Positions 40,150 to 49,167 of a DNA stretch of 64,000 nt are shown piece after piece (position 1 is the first letter of the stretch; each line of letters opens with the position of its first letter). The DNA is from Chlamydiota bacterium (GTDB lineage Bacteria > Chlamydiota > Chlamydiia > Chlamydiales > RGXB01). The notes beneath the pieces were generated by a model that was not told the origin of the DNA, did not search any database, and saw nothing but the letters and a program-made list of their open reading frames with translations. The stretch lies in contig CANLTW010000003.1 in assembly GCA_947494155.1 (NCBI GenBank), positions 32,001 to 96,000 on the forward strand, given 5' to 3'. A program made the position numbers and the translations under genes.

Positions 40150-43100
40150 CTAGAGAGGTGCCTCCTCATTGGACACACTCTCCACATACTGCATCTGTTT
40201 AAGCGTCATGAGTAGCTCCTCAGTAATTTTCACCCCAAAGCTCTCATCAATCCTTAAAGAAGTAGGGCCTATTTGGATATGTACGGGTGATTTTCCGGGA
40301 TGTGCGTGAAACAATTTTTTTAAATTTACAACGGCTTGGTGCCCCATCTCTGCTTCATTCAAGTAAAGCTTCAACGTGGCCTCTTTTTTTTCCTCTTTGG
40401 CTTTCATAGCACTCCCCCTATTCTCTTGCTGCGCCTTTTTTTGCAAAAAACTTTTTTGAGATGAACGTAGTTTATCACGATACTCTAAAATATCTTTTTG
40501 GTTCATCCCATCAAATGAAAAAAGATCTTTTAGCATCAGCTTCTGTTCGCCACCTCGTCTATCCAATTCAATTAAGCCGATAAGCAGCGCATTTTCTTTG
40601 AAATGGGAACTTTTAGCATCCATGAGATCGCTCCAAGCCAACAGCTCGACCATTCCGCTCTGATCCGAAGCTTTTAAGAGAGCGAATTTTTTTTGCGTTT
40701 TTTGCGAAAGCCTAAACTCGAGGTCTTCAATCACAAAGGGGACTACTAAAACATCGCTTTGCTCAAGGTGCATTAATGTGTCTATCGAGACCGCATCAAG
40801 CCCCTCAATCTCTTTTTGATAGAGTTGCAAAGGGTGCCCTGTCAAATAAAATCCAAGTAGCTCACGCTCTTTGAACAGCCTCTCTAAAGGGGGATCTTCA
40901 TGAAAAACTTTTTGCTCTTCTTTAGGATCTTCTTCACCAAAAAACGAGATATAGCCTTTGGTTTTTTCTTTTTGGGTCCGTACGCTCGCATCAAACAGCT
41001 CTCCCGTTTGCCCTAAAAGGGCACGTCTTGAGGGTGAAAAATCATCGAAACACCCTGCTTCAATCAGCGTCTCTATCGTTTTTTTTCCGATCTTCTTCAG
41101 ATCTATTTTTTGGACAAAATCGGCCAGACTTTTAAAATTTCCCTCATCGCGACGCGTTTCTATGATCGTTTGTACTACCCCTTCGCCAATCCCTTTAATT
41201 CCCCCTAAAGCAAACCGGATCCCCTCATTAGTAGGAGTAAAATACTTTTGTGATTCATTGATCGAAGGGGGCAGTACAGCTATGGCCATTGTTTTACACT
41301 CAGCACTGTGTTTTGCAACCTTTGAGATATCAGCCATATCGCACGTCATCAATGCCGCCATCCAATGTGCCGGGTAATTTGCTTTCAGATAGGCCGTTAC
41401 GTAACTCAAAAAACCATACGCTGCCGCATGAGATTTATTGAAGCCATAGCTGGCAAATTTTTCTACTTTATCGAAAATTGCCATCGATTGTTGTGCTAAA
41501 ATAGCGTTTTTTTCAGAACCGGAGCGAAATTTGTCTCGTTGGCGCGCCATCTCTTCGGCATCTTTTTTCCCCATAGCTCGCCGCAAAACATCCCCCTCCC
41601 CAAGTGAATACCCTGCAAGTTTTGAGGCTATCTGCATGACTTGCTCTTGATACACCATAATCCCATAGGTTTCTTGAAGGATGTCCTCCATCCAGGGGTG
41701 ATCAAATTCAATTTTTTCACGACCATGTTTTCTTTGAATAAATGTCGGGATCATCTCCATCGGCCCAGGGCGATATAAAGCGCCTACAGCGATAATCTCT
41801 TCAAATTTATCGATGTGCAACTGCCTAGAAAGATCTTGCATCCCTTGCGATTCCAGCTGGAAAATCCCCGATGTTTTTCCATGGTTGAGCAGATCAAAAG
41901 TCGCCTTATCATCGAGCGGTAGATTCACCCAATCAATTTCCACATTATGCGTTTCTTTTACCGAGTCGCATGCTTTTTGAATCGAGGTTAGTGTTTTAAG
42001 CCCTAAGAAATCGATTTTGAGCATTCCTACCGCTTCAACAGGCTTCATCGCATACTGCGTAACAAGCATCTCCGCATCCTTAGCGGTACATACAGGGATT
42101 GTTTCGATAAGCGGTTTTGCCGAGATAATTAACCCGGCAGCATGGATCCCTGTATTGCGAATAGACCCCTCCAAAGCCTTAGCCATTTCAAGAACTTTAG
42201 CCACCTCAGGATCTTTATCTCTGAGGTCGCGCAAATCGGGCTCGACATCTAACGCTTTTTGCAAGGTAATCTGTAGATCATCCGGAATCAGTTTTGCTAT
42301 CAAATTCACTTTTGCTAAAGGGACGCTCAACACTCTGCCAACATCTTTTACAGCCATCTTCGCTTTCATGGTGCCAAACGTGATAATCTGGGCTACGCGA
42401 TCCTTTCCGTATTTACGAATCGTGTAGTCTATCACCTCTTGTCGCCTATCCATACAGATATCGACATCGATATCAGGGTAGGAGATCCTTTCAGGGTTGA
42501 TAAACCGCTCAAAAAACAGATGAAACCGTAAAGGTTCGATGTCTGTAATCCCAACAAGATACAAAATAATTGAACCGGCTCCCGATCCCCTTCCGGGGCC
42601 CATTGGTATTCCTTGCGTTTTTGCCCAGTGAATAAAGTCATATACGATTAAAAGGTAGTCGCACATACCCTTGGTTGTGATAATCGACAACTCATATTCG
42701 AGTCGCTTTTTGATCACCTCGATAGGGTCTTCGTTTGGATAAACGTTTTGCACTGCGGCCAATCTTTCTTGAGTATACCTATCTTCTACCCCTTTGGCAC
42801 AAAGCTGGCGCAAAAAATTCTCTGCTGCTGCTGCTCTTTGTGCATCGGTAAACTCTTTCCCCTCCAGCTCAGGCGGTATGAAAACAGGGTAATAGCGAGT
42901 GTCAAAATCCATCGCCATATCTACCGAATCGGCTAACCGGCGCGTGGCTTGTATCGCCATCGGGAGATCCTCGAAAAGCGACTCCATTTCTAAAGGTGTC
43001 TTAAAATAATACTGGTCTGAGGGTAAAACACGTCTTTTGGGATTGGGGTAACGGCGTCTGATCACCCCCGAAGAGTCCTTCTCAACAATTTCAATCGTGT

Positions 43101-43845
43101 CGGCAGATTGGATATTCATCAAGATTTCATGCGCTTTATAATCTTTTTTTTGCATGAACTGCACATTATTTGTGGCTACAAGCGCTATTTGAGTCTTTTC
43201 ATGCACTTGTTTATATTTTCGCACGAGTAGCTCTTGCTTTTCTGCCATTTCGTTATGAAGCTGTAAAAGCCACTGCTCTTTATCAAATCCGAGAGCCACC
43301 AGATCCTTGGTATCCATTCTGTGTCTTTCGACCTGAAGGTAAAGATCGTCCTGAAAAAGATTTTTCCAAAAGGAGAGCTCCTCGTAGAAAGGGGTGTCAT
43401 CCTCTTTGAGAGCCAACTCTGCTAGATAACTTGCGTAAGATCCGATCAAGCAGATGAGCCCCTCATGATGTTTTTCTATCAATTCTTTATCTATACGGGG
43501 TGTGTAGTAGAATCCCTCAATAAAACCTAAGGAGCTTAAAGCGCAAAGATTTTGGTAACCCACTCTATTTTTTGCAATCAATGTCAACGGAGTCGCAAAA
43601 ATATCAGAACCCCGTCGCTTGTCCAGTCGCGAAGTAGAGGCAAGCATCACCTCCATTCCAATCAGAGGTTTTATCCCCTTTTTCTTGCACTCTTTGTAAA
43701 AATCGACAGCCCCAAAGAGATTACAGGTGTCGGTAAGGGTAAGAGCCTCCATTTTATTTTCTGAGGCAAATTGAACAAGCTCCTCAATCGAAGCTTGCGA
43801 GGAGAGAATAGAGTACCCGGAATGGTTGGTTAATGAAATCCACAT
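40150..43845 (-). CDS. dnaE: DNA polymerase III alpha subunit
   Basis: PHP domain, GRGSGAGS, PDIDVD, KIDFLGL, YGFNKSHAAAY; no intein seen. Confidence 0.98.
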   Translation of the reverse strand: MWISLTNHSGYSILSSQASIEELVQFASENKMEALTLTDTCNLFGAVDFYKECKKKGIKPLIGMEVMLASTSRLDKRRGSDIFATPLTLIAKNRVGYQNLCALSSLGFIEGFYYTPRIDKELIEKHHEGLICLIGSYASYLAELALKEDDTPFYEELSFWKNLFQDDLYLQVERHRMDTKDLVALGFDKEQWLLQLHNEMAEKQELLVRKYKQVHEKTQIALVATNNVQFMQKKDYKAHEILMNIQSADTIEIVEKDSSGVIRRRYPNPKRRVLPSDQYYFKTPLEMESLFEDLPMAIQATRRLADSVDMAMDFDTRYYPVFIPPELEGKEFTDAQRAAAAENFLRQLCAKGVEDRYTQERLAAVQNVYPNEDPIEVIKKRLEYELSIITTKGMCDYLLIVYDFIHWAKTQGIPMGPGRGSGAGSIILYLVGITDIEPLRFHLFFERFINPERISYPDIDVDICMDRRQEVIDYTIRKYGKDRVAQIITFGTMKAKMAVKDVGRVLSVPLAKVNLIAKLIPDDLQITLQKALDVEPDLRDLRDKDPEVAKVLEMAKALEGSIRNTGIHAAGLIISAKPLIETIPVCTAKDAEMLVTQYAMKPVEAVGMLKIDFLGLKTLTSIQKACDSVKETHNVEIDWVNLPLDDKATFDLLNHGKTSGIFQLESQGMQDLSRQLHIDKFEEIIAVGALYRPGPMEMIPTFIQRKHGREKIEFDHPWMEDILQETYGIMVYQEQVMQIASKLAGYSLGEGDVLRRAMGKKDAEEMARQRDKFRSGSEKNAILAQQSMAIFDKVEKFASYGFNKSHAAAYGFLSYVTAYLKANYPAHWMAALMTCDMADISKVAKHSAECKTMAIAVLPPSINESQKYFTPTNEGIRFALGGIKGIGEGVVQTIIETRRDEGNFKSLADFVQKIDLKKIGKKTIETLIEAGCFDDFSPSRRALLGQTGELFDASVRTQKEKTKGYISFFGEEDPKEEQKVFHEDPPLERLFKERELLGFYLTGHPLQLYQKEIEGLDAVSIDTLMHLEQSDVLVVPFVIEDLEFRLSQKTQKKFALLKASDQSGMVELLAWSDLMDAKSSHFKENALLIGLIELDRRGGEQKLMLKDLFSFDGMNQKDILEYRDKLRSSQKSFLQKKAQQENRGSAMKAKEEKKEATLKLYLNEAEMGHQAVVNLKKLFHAHPGKSPVHIQIGPTSLRIDESFGVKITEELLMTLKQMQYVESVSNEEAPL

Positions 43846-43941
43846 ATCGCTATTCTAACATGATTAGAAGATTATCGCTTAAAAAAAACTCACTTTAGCG
43901 ACGCTCTTTTTAGAAAGTGAATACATCACTAGTTTAGGAAT

Positions 43942-45354
43942 TCAACCCCTTTCTTCCTCAGCCACCGCCACTGGCTCGACTATTGATGCGAGCTTAGGAT
44001 TGGCCTTAATATTCCAAAAAGGGAGTAAAAAAGCAAAAGAGAACAGGCTGAAAAGGGCAAGTGCTGGGAAAAAAATCTCCCAACCATAGATCTCGGTTAG
44101 TCTACCACTCACAAGAGACGCAGTAGCGGCACCTAAGTAGGCAAAGGTTCCGGCAAAACCGGTAGAGGTCCCTGAGGCTTTTTTATGCGAGAGCTCTGCA
44201 CAGGCTACACCTATCAACATCTGCGGCCCAAAAATAAAAAACCCGGATAGAAACATAAAAATTGTATAGAAAAAATAGAGATCTGCGGGGAAGAAGATCA
44301 TAAAGACACAAGCTACCGCCGCCCCTAAAGAAAAGAGGGCGTTAGCAGGTATCCTCAGCCCCTTGAAGACGGTATCTGATATCCAGCCAGCTGCAAGGCT
44401 ACCAAAAAAACCCCCCATCTCAAACGCAAAGATAAAGGAGCTGGCCATGATCTGCGGAACACCTTTATACTCTACAAAGTATAGTAGGCCCCAGTCATTA
44501 ATAGCAGTGCGCACCATGTAAATAAAAAAGTAGGTGATCGAAAGAACCCATATGTAAGGATTTTTTATGACGTATTCCAGCAAAAGTTCGTAAGAAGAGC
44601 TCTCTTTTTCCTGATTTTGCTCCAGTTGGGGGCTCACAACGTGGTCATTTCTAAAATCTTCGACAGGGGGCAAACCCAGTGACTGGGGAGTATCCCTGAG
44701 CCGATTCATCAGAAAAAAACCCATCCCAATACACAAAAATCCGGGTATATACATCGCCATGCGCCACCCAAAAAACTGCGCGGTCGCCGCGACAACCAAA
44801 GGGATTAAAGCCCCTCCAAGGTTGTGGGAGGTATTCCACACACCCCACCAACGCCCCCTTTCCGATTGGGAATACCAGTGCGTTAAAAGCCGAGCTATCG
44901 GAGGCCATCCCCACCCCTGAAACCAGCCATTTAAACCCCAAAAAAGGGCGAAAAAAAGAATACTTGAGGAGAGGCCAAACAGGATGTTAAAAACACCCGT
45001 GAGAATAAGGCCTATCGACATAAAATAGCGGGGGTTGGAACGATCTCCCATAATCCCGCTCAAAAACTTGCTTGCTCCGTAGGTTACGTAGAGGACCGAT
45101 CCAAGAAAGCCTAACTCTGTTTTAGAGATCCCAAGATCCTCAATCATGGCTGGCATCGCGAAATTGAAGCTCTTTCGGGTTAAATAAAAAAAGGCGTAAC
45201 CCAAGTATATTGAGCTAAAGATTCTCATTCGCCAATATTGGTAAAGGCGTGACTGAGCTCCCTGAGCACCTCTCTCGGTGAGGAACTGGAAATAGCTAAG
45301 CCACTGGAAATTTTTCAAACGATAACCGCCGTATTTTCTGATTAAGTATATCAA
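43942..45354 (-). CDS. uhpC: Hexose-phosphate transporter (OPA family MFS)
   Basis: GYAFFYLTRKSF, ERGRWWGVWNTSHNLGG, RDTPQSLGLP, GPQMLIG, ELSHK; start uncertain. Confidence 0.92.
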   Translation of the reverse strand: MIYLIRKYGGYRLKNFQWLSYFQFLTERGAQGAQSRLYQYWRMRIFSSIYLGYAFFYLTRKSFNFAMPAMIEDLGISKTELGFLGSVLYVTYGASKFLSGIMGDRSNPRYFMSIGLILTGVFNILFGLSSSILFFALFWGLNGWFQGWGWPPIARLLTHWYSQSERGRWWGVWNTSHNLGGALIPLVVAATAQFFGWRMAMYIPGFLCIGMGFFLMNRLRDTPQSLGLPPVEDFRNDHVVSPQLEQNQEKESSSYELLLEYVIKNPYIWVLSITYFFIYMVRTAINDWGLLYFVEYKGVPQIMASSFIFAFEMGGFFGSLAAGWISDTVFKGLRIPANALFSLGAAVACVFMIFFPADLYFFYTIFMFLSGFFIFGPQMLIGVACAELSHKKASGTSTGFAGTFAYLGAATASLVSGRLTEIYGWEIFFPALALFSLFSFAFLLPFWNIKANPKLASIVEPVAVAEEERG

Positions 45355-45478
45355 ATTGATTTCTTACGAAAAAGTTTTTTTCCTTAAAAGGGAAATTTTT
45401 GACCGGTTACATCCTACTCAATTGGAGTGGCTTAAAAAAAATTTTTCGTTCTATTTTTAAAAAGTGTATAGAAAGGCT

Positions 45479-46033
45479 ATGAACTCTTATGGACAATCGA
45501 TTCGCGGATATCACCACCTCCACGGGGAAATACGTGTTGAGCCGGTAAACCGGGAGAAAACGCAAAAAGACGAAGAACTTCAGCTGCCGGCCGGAGGCTT
45601 TGCCCTTTTAGTCCTCACCTATCTATCCTCCTCCACCCTTTTAGAATCGATCCGATCAACGGAATCGCTAAGAACTCCCCAAAAAGTGATTGATGCATTA
45701 AAGCAATTTATTGCGATTTTTTCCGAGCTCCAAGATCAGGATTTAAGCGCCGATTGGAGATACTGTGAAAAGTTGTCAAAATCCTGGAGCGACGTAGTAA
45801 AATCTGTGGAGAATGCAACTTTCCCAAGCTCCTCGCTAAATGCCTTGATTACCGAGATCAACGAACACCCCGAAAAAGGGGATCACACCCTTGGTTATTA
45901 CCTCTCCCAGCATGCAGGAGAGCAATGGATCCCTTTCCCCTTCATGGAAATTTTAAGAAAGCTCCATGAAGACAAAAAAAAGATCCCCCATTTTTTAAAA
46001 TTAGCCGAATTAGCCCTTAGATCCCTTCTTTAA
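45479..46033 (+). CDS. Hypothetical protein
   Basis: ATG with AAAGG SD; motif-like C-terminus DHTLGYYLSQHAGEQWIPFPFMEIL. Confidence 0.7.
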   Translation: MNSYGQSIRGYHHLHGEIRVEPVNREKTQKDEELQLPAGGFALLVLTYLSSSTLLESIRSTESLRTPQKVIDALKQFIAIFSELQDQDLSADWRYCEKLSKSWSDVVKSVENATFPSSSLNALITEINEHPEKGDHTLGYYLSQHAGEQWIPFPFMEILRKLHEDKKKIPHFLKLAELALRSLL

Positions 46034-46198
46034 TTTCTTATTGAACCCCGCTATTATCGATCGTGTAACAAATCATCCGCCACCCCTTTACGCATAAAAA
46101 AAAACAGGGTAATATGGATCCTCAAGATTTATTTAGCTGTTCAAAATTGTTCTATTTTGGATGACACTAAGAAAAAATTAAGGAGCCAGTGTTTAAAG

Positions 46199-47971
46199 AT
46201 GTACCGCACACATAAACTCGGAGAATTAACCTCTCAGGATCTTAAAAAAAAGGTAACTCTTTCGGGGTGGGTGCATAAACGCCGAGATCATGGCGGCCTT
46301 ATTTTTATCGACTTAAGAGATAAAACCGGTCTCACTCAAGTTGTCTTTGATCCAGAAATCTCCCAGAATGCCCACCTTTTGGCAGAACAGGTCAGAAACG
46401 AATGGGTTTTAAAAATCGAAGGGGTTTGTAGAGCGCGAGCAAAGGGGATGGAAAATCCCGATCTCAAAACCGGCGCGATCGAAATCGAGGGGCACCATCT
46501 AACGATTCTATCCAAAGCTAAAAATCCCCCGTTTCCGATCAACGAAGACGAAATTCGGGTGAATGAAGAGATGAGATTGGAGTATCGCTACCTTGATATC
46601 CGCCGCGGCTCCATTTTAGAAAACCTACACACCCGTCATAGGGCGATCAAAATTTTAAGAGACCTTCTTGATAAACAGGGTTTTTGTGAAGTCGAGACAC
46701 CGATTCTTGGAAAATCTACACCTGAAGGGGCAAGAGACTACCTGGTTCCCTCAAGAGTCCACCCAAAACATTTTTACGCCCTTCCCCAATCTCCGCAGCA
46801 GTATAAACAGCTTCTTATGATTGCAGGTTTGGATCGCTATTTCCAAATCGCCCGCTGCTTTAGAGATGAAGACCTCCGAGCCGATAGACAACCCGAATTT
46901 ACCCAGCTGGATATCGAAATGAGTTTTGTAGAGCAAGAGGACATCCTAAATTTGGTCGAAAAAATTATTCAACAGGTATTTTCTGAAATTCTCGAAAAAG
47001 ATTTTTCTACCCCTTTTGAACGGATGAGCTACCATCATGCGATGGAGTACTACGGATGTGATCGCCCCGATATCCGATTCGACCTTAAATTGCACAGAGT
47101 CCACCACGCCCTGGAAAATTCCCAGTTTAATATTTTCGTACATGCAATGGAGCGAAATGAGATCATTAAGGCGATTGTCGTACCTCAAGGGGAAAAAATA
47201 TCTCGCAAGGATCTAGACGATTACACACAGTTTGTCCAAAAATTTGGGCTTGGCGGTCTTCCAATGGCCCGATTTCAAGGGGGAAAACTGGAGACAGGAA
47301 TAGCTAAATTTTTAACAGAAGAAAATCAGCACAAACTCAAAATTCAACTTCACCTCGAAGAGGGAAACCTTGTTCTATTTGGAGTGGGCTCAGAAGATAG
47401 CGTCAACCAAGCGATGGATCATCTGCGTCGAGACCTGGCTAAAAAACTACAGCTTGTCCAAAACGGGGACTATAAATTTCTCTGGGTTGTCGACTTCCCT
47501 CTTTTTGTGCCAGACTCTGACGGATCCATTACCTCCGCACACCACCCGTTTACTGCACCCCATGACGAGGATGTCTCCCTGCTCGATAATGAACCGCTAA
47601 AAGTGCGGGCAAAAGCTTACGATATCGTCCTCAACGGATATGAACTGGGGGGAGGTTCCATCCGCATCCATGATAAAGACATGCAAAAACAAATTTTTAC
47701 TCTCTTGAACTTAGATGAAGAGGCGATTGAGAAGAAATTTGGCTTCTTTATTGACGCACTTAGCTACGGGACACCCCCGCACGGAGGATTAGCAATAGGG
47801 GTAGATCGTCTGGCTATGCTCCTTTTGAAAACAGAGAACATCCGCGATGTAATCGCCTTTCCCAAAACACAAAAAGCCTCGGACCTTATGAATGGCTGCC
47901 CCTCACCGGTCTCCACTAGCCAGCTGGAGGAGTTGCACATTTGTGTTGAGGATAAATCCTATAAAAAATAA
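46199..47971 (+). CDS. aspS: Aspartyl-tRNA synthetase (likely non-discriminating)
   Basis: MYRTH, RRDHGG, FRDEDLRADRQPEF, PPHGG, IAFPK. Confidence 0.98.
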   Translation: MYRTHKLGELTSQDLKKKVTLSGWVHKRRDHGGLIFIDLRDKTGLTQVVFDPEISQNAHLLAEQVRNEWVLKIEGVCRARAKGMENPDLKTGAIEIEGHHLTILSKAKNPPFPINEDEIRVNEEMRLEYRYLDIRRGSILENLHTRHRAIKILRDLLDKQGFCEVETPILGKSTPEGARDYLVPSRVHPKHFYALPQSPQQYKQLLMIAGLDRYFQIARCFRDEDLRADRQPEFTQLDIEMSFVEQEDILNLVEKIIQQVFSEILEKDFSTPFERMSYHHAMEYYGCDRPDIRFDLKLHRVHHALENSQFNIFVHAMERNEIIKAIVVPQGEKISRKDLDDYTQFVQKFGLGGLPMARFQGGKLETGIAKFLTEENQHKLKIQLHLEEGNLVLFGVGSEDSVNQAMDHLRRDLAKKLQLVQNGDYKFLWVVDFPLFVPDSDGSITSAHHPFTAPHDEDVSLLDNEPLKVRAKAYDIVLNGYELGGGSIRIHDKDMQKQIFTLLNLDEEAIEKKFGFFIDALSYGTPPHGGLAIGVDRLAMLLLKTENIRDVIAFPKTQKASDLMNGCPSPVSTSQLEELHICVEDKSYKK

Positions 47972-47999
47972 AGTACCTTACAGACGAATTGGAGAACAT

Positions 48000-48770
48000 A
48001 TGAAAAAGTGGTTGGCAACCCTAAGCATTGGCTGCGCCCTACAAATGCTCCCTTTGCATAGTAGCGAAAGCGCAAACTTGCAAAAAGAGGAAACTGTTGA
48101 CGCTGCTAAAGAAATCGATCATCTTCTTATTTCTGAAGCGCTTGGTCATCTTATTTCAAAAAATTTAGCAAATCTTGGCCCCGATTTCAATATTGATCGC
48201 GTTATCAAGGGGCTAAAGGATGCGATGTCCGGTAAACCTACCCCACTCAGTGAGGAGTCTACCGTTGAAGCGATTCATAAAATTCAGGAGAAGTCTTTCC
48301 AAAGAATTGCAAACGACAACCTCAAAGAGGCTCAAGACTTTCTTGAACTCAATTCTAAAAAAGAGAACGTAGTGACGATTGAATCGGGAAAAATTCAGTA
48401 CGTTACCCAACAAAAAGGGGAGGGCCCTGCAGTGGAGGCGGCCTCTAATCCTTTGATCAAATACCAGGGCAAATTCCTAAACGGACAAGTATTTGGTGAA
48501 TCAGAGGCTGGAGAGACTATTTCTTTAGCTGATACATTCCCCGGTTTTTCAAAAGCGCTTGTGGGAATGAAAGAGGGTGAAAAAAGGACCATCTTTATCC
48601 ATCCCGACATGGGCTACGGAACAAGCGGTATGCTCCCACCAAATTCCCTACTCACTTTTGAGGTAGAGGTAGTAAAATCCCATGTTCCCGAGGAAAAGAA
48701 TGAGACCACTCAGGGTATTGCAGACACCGATTTGCTAGATTTAAAAGATGCTATGGAAGTAGCCAAGTAA
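48000..48770 (+). CDS. mip: FKBP-type peptidyl-prolyl isomerase Mip
   Basis: GGAG SD with ATG at 48000; signal peptide; FKBP_N region; GEKRTIFIHPDMGYG, LPPNSLLTFEVE. Confidence 0.92.
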   Translation: MKKWLATLSIGCALQMLPLHSSESANLQKEETVDAAKEIDHLLISEALGHLISKNLANLGPDFNIDRVIKGLKDAMSGKPTPLSEESTVEAIHKIQEKSFQRIANDNLKEAQDFLELNSKKENVVTIESGKIQYVTQQKGEGPAVEAASNPLIKYQGKFLNGQVFGESEAGETISLADTFPGFSKALVGMKEGEKRTIFIHPDMGYGTSGMLPPNSLLTFEVEVVKSHVPEEKNETTQGIADTDLLDLKDAMEVAK

Positions 48771-48792
48771 GCTTTTTTCTTACCCTATAAAA

Positions 48793-48831
48793 GAAAAACC
48801 CTCCTCCTTAATCGGGAAGAGGGTTTTTTCT
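48793..48831. terminator. Bidirectional terminator between convergent mip and trxA
   Basis: AAAAACCCTC..GAGGGTTTTTT hairpin flanked by A and T runs. Confidence 0.7.
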
Positions 48832-48858
48832 ATTTGATGAACATTCGATTATAAGATT

Positions 48859-49167
48859 TTACTTGAGTTTATCGAGGATTGTCGATTTGGTATGAACGCC
48901 CACAAGAGTTTCTGCTACCTCACCATTTTTAAAAAATACGAGAGTAGGGATACTCCGAATTCCAAACCGTGCAGCTAAGTCTTGCCCGTGATCTACATTA
49001 ACCTTGAAAATTTGCCCTGGGCGCTCAGCAAGAAGTTCCTCAATAATTGGAGCTTGTTGCCTGCAAGGTCCACACCATGGTGCCCAAAAATCCACAAGGA
49101 CGGTCCCTTTGGCTTTAAGCACCTTCTCGTCAAAATTTTCTTGAGTTATATCATATTCTGCACTCAT
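48859..49167 (-). CDS. trxA: Thioredoxin
   Basis: DFWAPWCGPC, IRSIPTL. Confidence 0.97.
   Translation of the reverse strand: MSAEYDITQENFDEKVLKAKGTVLVDFWAPWCGPCRQQAPIIEELLAERPGQIFKVNVDHGQDLAARFGIRSIPTLVFFKNGEVAETLVGVHTKSTILDKLK

Noticed and set aside
40150..43845. Possible intein or insertion in the long DnaE
   Set aside because: No intein splice motifs seen; the extra length is small PHP-region insertions
43942..45354. uhpC as a host glucose-6-phosphate uptake system
   Set aside because: Real but well described in chlamydiae
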